From Candidatus Peregrinibacteria bacterium (lineage in GTDB: Bacteria; Patescibacteriota; Gracilibacteria; UBA1369), in the NCBI GenBank assembly GCA_020851415.1, contig JADZCU010000032.1, forward strand, positions 38,379-102,378: a DNA stretch of 64,000 nucleotides, in the 5' to 3' direction. The position numbers were made by a program, and so were the translations under genes. Numbering within the stretch: the first letter of the stretch is position 1; each line of letters starts with the position of its first letter. The notes beneath the pieces were generated by a model. The model was not told the origin of the DNA. It saw only the letters and a list, made by a program, of their open reading frames with translations, and searched no databases. Shown in pieces: positions 19,861 through 29,907 of the stretch.

Positions 19861-20225
19861 AACATGATAGTAAAACTAACACCAAAGCTTATGGCATTTG
19901 GATCAAGCAACTCCTCGCCACAAGAAGGAGCGGGCGATAGAGCACCGGAAAGCAGCCGTACACCAACAACAGATGTGCGAACTATGCTTCCAAAAAATGG
20001 TGAAGTACTTAATGGTATGCGTAAAATGCGGACTAAAATTTCAGGCATCTTCGCAGCTGTTAATGAACCAAAGGATAACGGTTAGAAAAATAGTAGAACT
20101 TCACCAGGACTAATCCCCAAAAGCTAACTGCCCGGACTAAGTCAAATCTGCGCGGTTCTTAGCCCTTGCCCATACACTAGGCCTAGAGTACACTTGTGCC
20201 TGCGCTTATTACCTAGTTATTTTTT

Positions 20226-21851
20226 ATGTTTTGGGCAGATCAAATCGTTGAGGATATCGAAAAAGCATTCCCAGGAAAAAAGTCATTTATCGTTCGTGAC
20301 GAAAAAACACCGTCAGGTCGTGTACACATTGGTTCACTCCGCGGCGTGGTTATCCATGCAATTATTGCCCAGGCACTCTGTGAAAAAGGCTACGATGCCA
20401 AGTTCTACTACGAAATGAACGATGCCGACCCAATGGACGGTTTACCAAGTAATCTCAGCAAAAATTTTGAAAAATTTATGGGACGCCCATTAAAAGATGT
20501 CCCCCCACCGGATGAAAAAGGTGAACCAAACGAAGCAGCATTTGAAAAAGATCCCACCAACAACTTTGCCAACTTCTACGCGGCGGAGTTTATGGAAGTA
20601 ATAACAAACCTTGGCTTCAAACCAATTTTCTACAAAAGCAGCGACCTCTACAAAGAAGGAAAATACGATTCGTGGATAGACACGGTTTTAGAAAAACCAA
20701 ATGAAATCAGACTCGCATATAAAGAGATCAGCGGTTCGGAAAAACGCGAAGAATGGAATCCACTCCAAATAGTATGCGAAAATTGCGGCAGAGTAGGAAC
20801 AACTACAGTGGTATCTTCCACCGGCGAAGCAGGCAACAAAAAAGTTGTCTACGAATGCGAACCACATAAAGTAAAATGGGCTGTAGGATGCGGACATAAA
20901 GGCGAAACCACACCCTACAAAGGTCGCGGAAAACTCCCATGGAAAGTTGAGTGGGCGGTAAAATGGAACATTTGGCCGGTTGACGTAGAAGGCGCCGGAA
21001 AAGATCACTCAGCATCTGGCGGCTCGCACGATGTCGCAGAAAAACTTTGTCGTGAAATATTAGGCAAAGAACCACCATTCTATTTCCCCTACGAATTCTT
21101 CACTTTTGGCGGAGCAAAAATGAGCTCAAGTAAAGGCCTAGGCGCATCCGCAAAAGAAGTAGCCGACACACTCCCCCCGGAATTACTACGCTTCTTAATG
21201 GTAAGAACATGGCCACACCAAACAATCGATTTCGATCCATCAGGTCAAACCATGCTTCGCCTATACGACCGTCATGACGAATCTGCGGAAGCCTATTTCG
21301 GCAGATCAAAGCTCGAAAATATCAGTCTGGATGACCTCAAACGCGCCTACCATTTCTCCCAGGTCGATCCACAAAACGTTCCAAACAGATTCTTCCCAAG
21401 ATTCTCCCGTGTAGCATTCCTCCTTCAAATTCCAAGTCTCATTTTTGAAGAAGAAATAAAAAAACTCAAGGGTAGTGAACTGACTGCTGAAGATTTGAAA
21501 GAGGCTCAGCAGCGCAAAGAGTACGCTCAAATCTGGCTCAAAAAATTTGCCGACGAAAACTCACTCTTCACTGTTCAAGATAGTCTCCCGGAAAAAGCTA
21601 AAGACCTTACTGCTGACCAAAAAGATTTCCTTCACAAAATAGCAGATCTCTTGGAGAGCAAAAAATGGCAAGGAGAAGAGCTTCACGGCGCTATTCACGA
21701 ACTTCGCAAAGCCTCCCCACTCGAGGCAAAAACAGCTTTCCAGGCAATTTATATAGCATTGCTCGGCAAAGAGTCCGGCCCTCAAGCCGGTTGGTTCCTC
21801 GACGCTCTCGACAAAAAATTCGTCGTAACCCGATTCCGCACAGTGAGCTAA
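20226..21851 (+). CDS. lysK: Lysine--tRNA ligase, class I
   Basis: The class I LysRS pattern is present: a HIGH-like motif (PSGRVHIGSLRG) and KMSSSKG (KMSKS). Confidence 0.9.
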   Translation: MFWADQIVEDIEKAFPGKKSFIVRDEKTPSGRVHIGSLRGVVIHAIIAQALCEKGYDAKFYYEMNDADPMDGLPSNLSKNFEKFMGRPLKDVPPPDEKGEPNEAAFEKDPTNNFANFYAAEFMEVITNLGFKPIFYKSSDLYKEGKYDSWIDTVLEKPNEIRLAYKEISGSEKREEWNPLQIVCENCGRVGTTTVVSSTGEAGNKKVVYECEPHKVKWAVGCGHKGETTPYKGRGKLPWKVEWAVKWNIWPVDVEGAGKDHSASGGSHDVAEKLCREILGKEPPFYFPYEFFTFGGAKMSSSKGLGASAKEVADTLPPELLRFLMVRTWPHQTIDFDPSGQTMLRLYDRHDESAEAYFGRSKLENISLDDLKRAYHFSQVDPQNVPNRFFPRFSRVAFLLQIPSLIFEEEIKKLKGSELTAEDLKEAQQRKEYAQIWLKKFADENSLFTVQDSLPEKAKDLTADQKDFLHKIADLLESKKWQGEELHGAIHELRKASPLEAKTAFQAIYIALLGKESGPQAGWFLDALDKKFVVTRFRTVS

Positions 21852-23218
21852 TCCTCCATGCCGTAATCGCCTGACTTGCGGTGTTTTTCCAAAGTCATAA
21901 AGCGCATCTGCTCTTTCTTGAACGCCAGTTCCACGCGCCCGATCGGACCGTTACGATGCTTGCGGATATACAGATCAGTAATACCTTTTCTATCTGTATC
22001 TTCTTCATAATAATCTTCACGGTACATCATCATAACCACATCAGCATCCTGCTCAATCGCACCGGATTCACGCAAATCAGAAAGCTGAGGTACTTTACTT
22101 GGACGCAATTCCACAGCACGGGAAAGCTGAGAAAGAGCAATAATCGGAATCTTCAACTCACGCGCCAAACCTTTCAGTGCACGCGAAATCTCAGAAATTT
22201 CCTGCACGCGATTCGTCTGTTGTCCCGGTTTACCGCCGGCCGTCATCAACTGCAAGTAATCGATAATCAATACATGCAAACTATTTTCCATCTGCAATCT
22301 ACGCGCCTTTGCACGAAGTTCAGCTATGGAGTTACCCACTGAATCATCAATAAAAATCTTCATCGAATACAGCTCATCCATAACACCGCCAATGCGCATA
22401 AAGTCTTCTTCAGTCAGTTTACCGGTTCGAAGCTTCCACGAATCCACCTCAAGCAAAGAACAGAACATACGTTCAACCAGCTGCTCTTTGGACATTTCCA
22501 GAGAAATCACGCCAACAGTATAACCCTTTTTTCCCACGTTTTGGGCAATATTCAGCGCTAAAGCAGTCTTACCCATAGAAGGACGTGCCGCCAAAATAAC
22601 CAAATCAGCCGGCTGTAATCCCGAAAGAATATTATCCAAATCATGGAAACCGGTGGGAATACCACGATACTTATCTTTAGTAGCCGGATCATGTAACTCG
22701 GTAATTTTGTCATACGTCGCATTCAAAACCTCTTTAATATGAACAAATTTATCTTTCAAAAACGTCTGTGATACGCCAAATAAAGATTTTTCAGCCTGTT
22801 CCAAAAGATCTTCGATATTATCCGTTTCGTTGTAACCCAAGCCACTCACAATATCTCCGGCTTTAATCAGTTTACGCAGAGTCGACTTATGCTTCACGAT
22901 CATCGCATACTGAAAAACGTGAGTCGAAGTCGGTACTTCATTCATAAGTCCTGCCACATAAGACGCCCCCCCGACTTGATCAAGAGCCTTTCTCTCAGCC
23001 AATAAATTCGTCACCGTCAAAAGATCAATCGGCGTTCGTCGCTCATATAAATCAAACATCGTCTGATAAATCGCACCATGGCTTTCATGGTAAAAATCCT
23101 CAGCAGACACAATATCGGCAATCTTAATAATGGCTTCCTTATCAATCAGCAAACTACCGAGCGTAGATCTTTCCACGTCCAGGCTGTGCGGCGGAACTTT
23201 TAAAAACGATTCACTCAT
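21848..23218 (-). CDS. dnaB: Replicative DNA helicase DnaB
   Basis: It has the PPHSLDVERSTLGSLL N-terminus, Walker A (ARPSMGKTA), and the IIDYLQL and LSQLSR motifs. Confidence 0.95.
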   Translation of the reverse strand: MSESFLKVPPHSLDVERSTLGSLLIDKEAIIKIADIVSAEDFYHESHGAIYQTMFDLYERRTPIDLLTVTNLLAERKALDQVGGASYVAGLMNEVPTSTHVFQYAMIVKHKSTLRKLIKAGDIVSGLGYNETDNIEDLLEQAEKSLFGVSQTFLKDKFVHIKEVLNATYDKITELHDPATKDKYRGIPTGFHDLDNILSGLQPADLVILAARPSMGKTALALNIAQNVGKKGYTVGVISLEMSKEQLVERMFCSLLEVDSWKLRTGKLTEEDFMRIGGVMDELYSMKIFIDDSVGNSIAELRAKARRLQMENSLHVLIIDYLQLMTAGGKPGQQTNRVQEISEISRALKGLARELKIPIIALSQLSRAVELRPSKVPQLSDLRESGAIEQDADVVMMMYREDYYEEDTDRKGITDLYIRKHRNGPIGRVELAFKKEQMRFMTLEKHRKSGDYGMED

Positions 23219-23355
23219 ATGAAAAATATGTAGATCTCATTAAGAAACTTTTAACCTCCCACGGTACGCTCTATGGGATTGGAATAATTACACAAATCCT
23301 CCCATTTTTCAAAAGATTTTCCAAATACGCACCTCCAACAATCAAAACCGTATTT

Positions 23356-23733
23356 ATGGCTAACAAAAAAGCTCAAATATCCTACAGCAGGGGCCACGAA
23401 TCTGAAAAAATAGCCGCCTATTTTCTCACAAACAAGGGATATCGGCTCATCCAGAAAAATTTCCGTATACCCGGTGGAGAAATCGACCTCATAATGCAAA
23501 AAGATGGTATACTGACCTTCGTTGAAGTAAAGTCGCGCGCCCAGAGTCATTTCGGCACGGCACTTGAGTCCATAACCCGCCAAAAAAAACGTCTGTTACT
23601 GCGCGCAGCTGCAACCTATCTCATCAAAAACAAAGTGCAGATCCCTTGGCAAATTCATGTGGTAACCATTCAATACCAACCGGGCAATAAGGCGCACATC
23701 ACACATTATAAAAATATTTTCACCTGCGAATAA
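23356..23733 (+). CDS. yraN: YraN-family endonuclease (UPF0102)
   Basis: GHESEKIAAYFL..GYRLIQKNFRIPGGEIDLIM..LTFVEVKSR is present. Confidence 0.85.
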   Translation: MANKKAQISYSRGHESEKIAAYFLTNKGYRLIQKNFRIPGGEIDLIMQKDGILTFVEVKSRAQSHFGTALESITRQKKRLLLRAAATYLIKNKVQIPWQIHVVTIQYQPGNKAHITHYKNIFTCE

Positions 23734-24896
23734 TGGAATTAGCTCCTGAAGTAAAAAAGCGAATTACAATCATCGGCCTGATAGTTATCGGAATCAGTGC
23801 TGTGTTGTTTCTCATCTTCGCCGTATTTCTCAACCGCGCCACTTTAACAATAGTACAAAAAGCACCCTTCACAGTTCAGATAAACGATTTCAAAAACGAA
23901 TTTTGTACGGAAGAAACTTGCGTTATAGATCTCGCCCCAGGCAAATATCACATCGAAATCAGCAAGGACGGTTACAAGCCATTTGAGCAGGATATTGAGT
24001 TGGGTATTTTCGGCAAAGTCACGGAAAACCCTGTGCTTGAATTCATCCCACTTATGCGTGAAGTAAGTGAAGCTTCGGTTACCGAAATGTTCAAAAAACT
24101 TTCCGTACCAGATGAACTCAAAGATTTTGAACCCGTTTTCGTCGGTGAAAGTTACCTCGCCTATCTCAAAAACAACCCGGACACACATCGCCAAACACTC
24201 TATGTCCGCGGAACAGAAGGTGGAACAATCGGTCCGGAAACCGCTGTAACATCGTTCACCAGATCACTCAAAAACTACCGCATAATCCTCAATCTCAAGG
24301 ACAACACAAAAATCGGAGTCATTGACGACACCAATGACGGCTCAACATTTTACGTTATCGACACAACAGAAAAATCCCGCACCAATCTCTTCAGTTATCC
24401 ATACATAAAAGACGTAAAATGGTTTCCGGAAAGTAACAACTTTATCTTCGAAGCTCGTGAAACGGGCGACTTAAGCACCTCAATTTTTCACTACCAGGAG
24501 GCCGATACGGAAAATAAAATTCCTGAAAAAATCACCAAACTCAGTCTTCAGGCAGATCTAACAAACGTTACAATCGAAAACGACGATAATCTCCTGGCCG
24601 TCACAAAGCAGTTTATTGTAGGCAACAACGACCCAACAGAGCTCGAAGGAGAACTGGTAATACTCAGTGAAAACGAAGCAACAGCCAATATTTCACCTGT
24701 AATATCTTCAGTCATTACAGTCAACGCCGACAGTCCGAAAATAGTTGAATACTCACTCATCAGCAACCAGGTGCGTCTCATTAAAAATATCCCGGACATC
24801 GCCGACATCGAAGAAGTCAGGCTGAGTGAAACCAAAAAAAGCATATATCTCAAAACCGCCGACAAAATACTCGAATTCATTTTTCGCGACGAATGA
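23733..24896 (+). CDS. Membrane-anchored protein with PEGA-like domain
   Basis: It has an N-terminal TM segment and LAPGKYHIEISKDGYKPFEQDIEL (PEGA-like). The rest is unassigned. Confidence 0.5.
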   Translation: MELAPEVKKRITIIGLIVIGISAVLFLIFAVFLNRATLTIVQKAPFTVQINDFKNEFCTEETCVIDLAPGKYHIEISKDGYKPFEQDIELGIFGKVTENPVLEFIPLMREVSEASVTEMFKKLSVPDELKDFEPVFVGESYLAYLKNNPDTHRQTLYVRGTEGGTIGPETAVTSFTRSLKNYRIILNLKDNTKIGVIDDTNDGSTFYVIDTTEKSRTNLFSYPYIKDVKWFPESNNFIFEARETGDLSTSIFHYQEADTENKIPEKITKLSLQADLTNVTIENDDNLLAVTKQFIVGNNDPTELEGELVILSENEATANISPVISSVITVNADSPKIVEYSLISNQVRLIKNIPDIADIEEVRLSETKKSIYLKTADKILEFIFRDE

Positions 24897-26092
24897 GTAT
24901 AAACAGAATCGAGCAAACCCGTAGAAAGCTCCTTTCACAGGGCAAAAAAATCATCAACCTCTCTTCGGGTAATCCCAATGAGTGGGGCATTTTTTTCAAA
25001 AACAAAACCGTAAACTCCTTCATAAAAAAATATTTTGCATCTTCGCCTGCATACGAACCACTCCCATTTGGCAATTATGGAACAAGGCTCTCACTACAAA
25101 ATTTCACGTCGCCCCCCAGCCCTCTGGCCGTACTTAAAGGTGTACCTAAGAAAACCAACCAAATAAAAGCCGAAAACATAGCGCTCACTTCCGGAACCAG
25201 CGAAAGCTATTTCCATCTTTTTCGTATACTAAACGGCGAAATTTTACTCCCGCGCCCCGGCTACCCGCTTTTCAATGAAATCGCGCGCTTAAGCCAAACA
25301 AATCTCAAATGGTACGACCTTGATCCTCAAAGCCGTTGGCAAATAAACGAAGCAAACCTCACCAAAAATATTACCGATAAAACCAAAGCCATAGTCCTGG
25401 TCTCACCGAACAATCCAACCGGAACAGTACTCAACAAAAAATCACTTCAAACAGTGATTAAAATAGCCGAACAAAAAAATCTCAGCATCATCAGCGATGA
25501 AGTTTTCTGCGAATACTTTTTTGAAAAAGGAAAATTTCCCCACATCATGTCACTCAAAACAAACGTCCCCATTTACACACTCAACGGCATTTCCAAAACC
25601 TACGCTCTCCCCGGTTACAAACTCGGTTGGATCATGATGAAAAACGTCACGGAAGAAACAAAGGAAGAACTCGAACGTTCATTGGATGCCCTGCTCTCAA
25701 GCAACCAAATAGCCCAGGCATTACTGCCCGTATTGCTCAAAAACGGCGCAAATTTCATTGCGAAAAATACCCAAAGACTAAAGCAAAATCGCCAAACAAT
25801 GAAAGATGTTTTCAGCCAAATAAAAGACCTGAACTATCAACCCTGCCAAGGCGGATTTTACACATTTATCCACATAAAAAATCTCCCGACAGACGACGAA
25901 ACATTCACCATAAAACTCATGGAAAAAACAGGAATTTTTGTACACCCGGGATATTTCTACGACTACGACAATCAAGGTCACAACAACAAAGAAAATATCT
26001 ACATTGTGATTTCACTCCTGCCGCCACCCGCCCAATTTAAAAAATATCTCACTCAAATAAAAAATTTCATCCAGGAAGTAAGAATGTCATAA
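24893..26092 (+). CDS. Class I/II PLP-dependent aminotransferase
   Basis: VSPNNPTGTV, the PLP lysine context GISKTYALPGYKLGW, and the overall length support the call. Confidence 0.85.
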   Translation: MSINRIEQTRRKLLSQGKKIINLSSGNPNEWGIFFKNKTVNSFIKKYFASSPAYEPLPFGNYGTRLSLQNFTSPPSPLAVLKGVPKKTNQIKAENIALTSGTSESYFHLFRILNGEILLPRPGYPLFNEIARLSQTNLKWYDLDPQSRWQINEANLTKNITDKTKAIVLVSPNNPTGTVLNKKSLQTVIKIAEQKNLSIISDEVFCEYFFEKGKFPHIMSLKTNVPIYTLNGISKTYALPGYKLGWIMMKNVTEETKEELERSLDALLSSNQIAQALLPVLLKNGANFIAKNTQRLKQNRQTMKDVFSQIKDLNYQPCQGGFYTFIHIKNLPTDDETFTIKLMEKTGIFVHPGYFYDYDNQGHNNKENIYIVISLLPPPAQFKKYLTQIKNFIQEVRMS

Positions 26093-26147
26093 GAAAAATT
26101 TTAACCCGCCGTGGTTAACTTGGGACATTCTTTTTCAAAAACAGTTC

Positions 26148-27680
26148 ATGCCATGCAAACTTTTTTCAGCGTACTCCATCGGACTTGAGGCCGACATCAT
26201 TGAAGTCGAAGTAGATATTTTCGCCGGCCTGCCGGCTTTTACCATAGTGGGGCTTGGCGATACGGCGGTTCAGGAAGCCAAAGAACGCATCAGGTCCGCC
26301 ATAAAAAACAGCGGTTTTGACTACCCGCAAAACAAAAAAGTCGTCAACCTTGCTCCCGCACATTTAAAAAAACACGGCCCGCAATTTGACCTCCCCATGG
26401 CACTTGGAATCCTTCTGGCTTCAAAGCAAATTCCGCAAAATCAAGATACTCAAAATCGCCTCAACCAAACATTACTGTTCGGCGAACTGGCGCTGGACGG
26501 AACATTGCGCCCGGTGGGTGGAATCCTTACCATGGCTTTGGCCGCAAAGCAAAACGGCTGGAAAAATATCCTTGTTCCGGCTGAAAATTCCAACGAAGCG
26601 AATTGCATTGAGGGGCTGCAAGTAGTGGCGGCATCAGATCTAAAACAGGCAGTTTCATGGTGTCTGAGCGGTGAACAACCACTTCAAAATACAGCGCCAA
26701 TAACAACCATCACAGAAACAAAAATGGCGGAACGCACCATTGACTTCGCCGATATAGTAGGACAGGAAAGTGCCAAAAGGGGACTCATGATCGCGGCGGC
26801 AGGAAGCCACCACATCCTACTTCACGGACCACCGGGCGTCGGCAAAACACTCCTCGCCCGGGCCCTCCCCACAATACTGCCGCCGCTCACTCATGATGAA
26901 CAACTCCAGGTCACCCAGATCTATTCATGCGCGGGTCTTACCAACAATTTGCACAGCCTCATCTCTGCCCGCCCCTTTCGTGAGGTACACCAAAGCACGA
27001 CAAATATAGCAATGCTCGGTGGCGGCAACCGACTCACTCCGGGAGAAATTTCACTCGCACATCAGGGTATTCTCTTCCTGGACGAAATAGCCGAATTTCC
27101 CAGATCAATGTTAGAAGCGCTCCGTCAGCCGCTCGAAGAACGCGCCATACATATTTCCCGCATCAACGGATCCATAAAATTTCCAGCACACTTCACACTC
27201 GTCGCCAGCATGAATCCCTGCCCGTGCGGCTACTTTGGCGACAGCAAAAAAGCCTGTACCTGTCGACCATCGCAAATTCTCAGTTATCAAAAAAAACTCT
27301 CCGGACCGCTGCTCGACCGCCTCGATGTCACTGTCCGCCTCGAACGCCCCATCAATAAATTCCGCACATCCACCTTCAGTTCAAAAGATGCCCGCAAAAA
27401 AGTTCTCTCGGCTCGCGCCAGACAGCAAGCGCGCTTCGCCAAAACAACCATCCAAACCAACAGCCAAATGAACGTAAAAGAGCTCACGCAATTTTCCTCA
27501 CTCACACTTTCTTGCCAAAATCTGCTCAAAACCGCCAGCGAAAAACTTCATCTCTCCATGCGTCAGCAACACCAAATCATCAAAGTTGCCAGAACCATCG
27601 CCGACCTGGAAGACCGCGACCACATCCAAGAACCGCAACTCGCCGAAGCTCTGCAATTTCGTCATCATAACAGTTTATAA
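26148..27680 (+). CDS. comM: YifB/ComM family Mg-chelatase-like AAA+ ATPase
   Basis: It has a Lon-like N-terminal domain, Walker A (GPPGVGKT), Walker B (GILFLDE), and the Cys cluster NPCPCGY..CTC. Confidence 0.92.
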   Translation: MPCKLFSAYSIGLEADIIEVEVDIFAGLPAFTIVGLGDTAVQEAKERIRSAIKNSGFDYPQNKKVVNLAPAHLKKHGPQFDLPMALGILLASKQIPQNQDTQNRLNQTLLFGELALDGTLRPVGGILTMALAAKQNGWKNILVPAENSNEANCIEGLQVVAASDLKQAVSWCLSGEQPLQNTAPITTITETKMAERTIDFADIVGQESAKRGLMIAAAGSHHILLHGPPGVGKTLLARALPTILPPLTHDEQLQVTQIYSCAGLTNNLHSLISARPFREVHQSTTNIAMLGGGNRLTPGEISLAHQGILFLDEIAEFPRSMLEALRQPLEERAIHISRINGSIKFPAHFTLVASMNPCPCGYFGDSKKACTCRPSQILSYQKKLSGPLLDRLDVTVRLERPINKFRTSTFSSKDARKKVLSARARQQARFAKTTIQTNSQMNVKELTQFSSLTLSCQNLLKTASEKLHLSMRQQHQIIKVARTIADLEDRDHIQEPQLAEALQFRHHNSL

Positions 27681-28502
27681 CTTATCCCCAATCACACTTA
27701 CAAACCCGCCCCAAATCGGGAATTTCCCTCCGACAGTTAATCGTTTCCCGTCATCACTCACGAACTTCATATCACTTGAGTCCAAAAATCCAATCTGTAA
27801 TCTGTCACCGGCAACCGCTTCATTACCCATCGTCCCATGAACCTTCAAAAACAATTGTTCACCCGGTTGCACTTCAAGCTTCAAAGATAAAAACTGGGCT
27901 TTCCCTTCAAAAACCGGAGCTTCGGAAACAAACTTGCCATTCACATACAACTGCATAGATGCAACATCATAAGGCCGTGCGTAACCTTCGGTACGAAAAG
28001 TAATTTCACGCAAAGAGGCATCCTGCAAACTGCTTATTATAGCGTCAAAAAGCAAAACATCTTTCTGTCCGCGGGCACCAAAACTTTTGAACTCCTTAGT
28101 CTCCACAAAAACATCCCCACCGGTAACAACAGCATTTTGTTTATCACTTTCCTGAGTAGATTCAATATTTTCCACATCAACATTACTGGTATAAGTTTCC
28201 AGAAAATTATTTTCATTTTGCTTTTCCTTCACTAAATCACTCACCTGTTCTACCACCGGGGCAGCACCTTTTAAATCTGCTACCTTCGGCAATCTCCATG
28301 ATCCATACAGCACAATTTCCAAAAGTGCAGTCACCACAATCAATGCGCAAATAGTTGCTCCGCCAAAAACCAAAATAGCATCACTCAACCGAAACGGAAC
28401 AGAATCAAAATGGTACTCGCGCGCTTTTTTCAGATTTCCCGCGCGCTCCGATCGGACTTTTTTTACCAGACTCTTAATTGAAGTTTTTTTTATTTTTTTC
28501 AC
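27675..28502 (-). CDS. Hypothetical membrane-anchored protein
   Basis: It has a basic N-terminus, a single TM segment (ILVFGGATICALIVVTALLEIVLY) and a beta-rich C-terminus. Confidence 0.45.
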   Translation of the reverse strand: MKKIKKTSIKSLVKKVRSERAGNLKKAREYHFDSVPFRLSDAILVFGGATICALIVVTALLEIVLYGSWRLPKVADLKGAAPVVEQVSDLVKEKQNENNFLETYTSNVDVENIESTQESDKQNAVVTGGDVFVETKEFKSFGARGQKDVLLFDAIISSLQDASLREITFRTEGYARPYDVASMQLYVNGKFVSEAPVFEGKAQFLSLKLEVQPGEQLFLKVHGTMGNEAVAGDRLQIGFLDSSDMKFVSDDGKRLTVGGKFPIWGGFVSVIGDKL

Positions 28503-28610
28503 GTCGCTACGTTGCTATGAATCTAGCAATTATACACCTTTTCTTTGATTTCTTGTAGGTCTATAATCTCGTCTGCTATCCGGTTCGGCCAAAGGCATAA
28601 TAAAACACCC

Positions 28611-29876
28611 ATGAACGATCAGAATCAAAAATTTGAAGTAATCGGCGGGAAACTATTGAACGGCACTGTACGTGTTTCTGGAGCCAAAAACGCCACTTTA
28701 CCTATCATGTGTGCAGCCTTGTTAAGCAAGGAACAAATCACCCTCAAGAACGTCCCAAACATAGCCGATATCAGAACACTCCTGGCTATATTTGACCACT
28801 TAAATGTAAAAACCAGCTTCCGGGACAACACAGTAACCATAGATGCCAGCAACCTCAGCACCAATAAAATCCCCGAGGATCTCATCTGCAGTATGCGCGC
28901 CTCAATCCTTCTCCTTGGACCATTGCTTGCCCGCACAGGTGAAGCCAATCTCCCCTTTCCGGGTGGTTGTGTACTCGGCAAACGCTCAGTAGCTGCTCAC
29001 ACGTTGGCGCTCCGTAAACTCGGTGCCGAGATACTCGATGAAACTCAAAAATTACACCTCAAAGTAAATAAATTACAGGGTACAACGGTCATCATGCCAG
29101 AGCTCAGCGTTACCGGTACAGAAAACGCCCTTATGCTGGCTTCAATTACGCCGGGTATTACAGAGATTCGTCTTGCCGCGGCAGAACCTCACGTCCAGGA
29201 TTTATGCCACTTCCTCAACTCCATGGGAGCAAAAATTACTGGCATAGGTACGCACTTCTTGATAGTCGAGGGAGTAGATTCATTACATTCAACAGATTAC
29301 GGCATTACCGGTGATTACCTCGAAGCCGGAACTTTTGCTATCGCCGCTTTGGTAACCAAAGGTGAGCTCAAAATCGAAGGGATAGATGTAAATCAGCTCG
29401 ATAGCTTCTGGGAAAAGCTGGATGAAGCAGGCGCCAACTACAAATTAGAAAAGGAAAGTGTAATAATATCGCCAAGTAAAAAATTACAGGCAATTAGAAG
29501 TCTCCGTACAGCAGTATACCCAAGTTTCGCCACCGACCTCCAGGCTCCAATGGCAGTCCTCCTCACCCAAGCGGAAGGTGAAAGCCGAATTTTCGAAACA
29601 CTCTTTGATGGCCGCCTCAGTTACCTCATTGAACTGGAAAAAATGGGTGCCAAAGTACAAATTCTCAATCCGCATCAAGCCATCGTAAATGGGCCAACCT
29701 CACTTCACGGTGTACCCGTAGCCAGCTCCGATCTTCGCGCCGGCGCCGCAATGGTTTTAGCAGCACTCTGCGCAGAAGGAACCACCGAAATTTCCAACAT
29801 CCGCTACATAGATCGCGGCTACGAAAATCTGGATCAGAAGCTCACGACCCTCGGCGCCAACATTAAGCGTTGTTAA
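28611..29876 (+). CDS. murA: UDP-N-acetylglucosamine 1-carboxyvinyltransferase
   Basis: VSGAKNATLPIM and the catalytic-loop Cys (PGGCVLGKRS) are present, and the similarity pattern is full length. ATG at 28611 is preferred over the upstream alternative start. Confidence 0.95.
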   Translation: MNDQNQKFEVIGGKLLNGTVRVSGAKNATLPIMCAALLSKEQITLKNVPNIADIRTLLAIFDHLNVKTSFRDNTVTIDASNLSTNKIPEDLICSMRASILLLGPLLARTGEANLPFPGGCVLGKRSVAAHTLALRKLGAEILDETQKLHLKVNKLQGTTVIMPELSVTGTENALMLASITPGITEIRLAAAEPHVQDLCHFLNSMGAKITGIGTHFLIVEGVDSLHSTDYGITGDYLEAGTFAIAALVTKGELKIEGIDVNQLDSFWEKLDEAGANYKLEKESVIISPSKKLQAIRSLRTAVYPSFATDLQAPMAVLLTQAEGESRIFETLFDGRLSYLIELEKMGAKVQILNPHQAIVNGPTSLHGVPVASSDLRAGAAMVLAALCAEGTTEISNIRYIDRGYENLDQKLTTLGANIKRC

Positions 29877-29907
29877 TTACAAAGATATTTGCAACCTTCA
29901 AAAAGTT

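Noticed and set aside
19900-20200. Possible RNase P RNA on the minus strand, because AGUCCGGGC (reverse complement of 20133-20141) matches the P4/CR-I core
   Set aside because: The match is part of a three-fold GGACTAA repeat. I could not find the other conserved regions: the GGUGAAA / GUAAGAGC-type CR-II/III or the ACAGAAnnCGGCUUA CR-V. I also could not draw P1-P4 pairings. The strong promoter points along the plus strand instead.
19867-20225. T-box leader or lysine riboswitch upstream of lysK
   Set aside because: There is no GGGUGGUACCGCG-type T-box sequence and no specifier-loop or antiterminator arrangement. For the L-box, only a short GUGCGAACU similarity is present, and the conserved GCCGAAG and CUGUCA elements are missing.
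23251-23583. 110-aa minus-strand ORF overlapping yraN
   Set aside because: yraN on the plus strand has the family signature, and this ORF has none. It also overlaps most of yraN.
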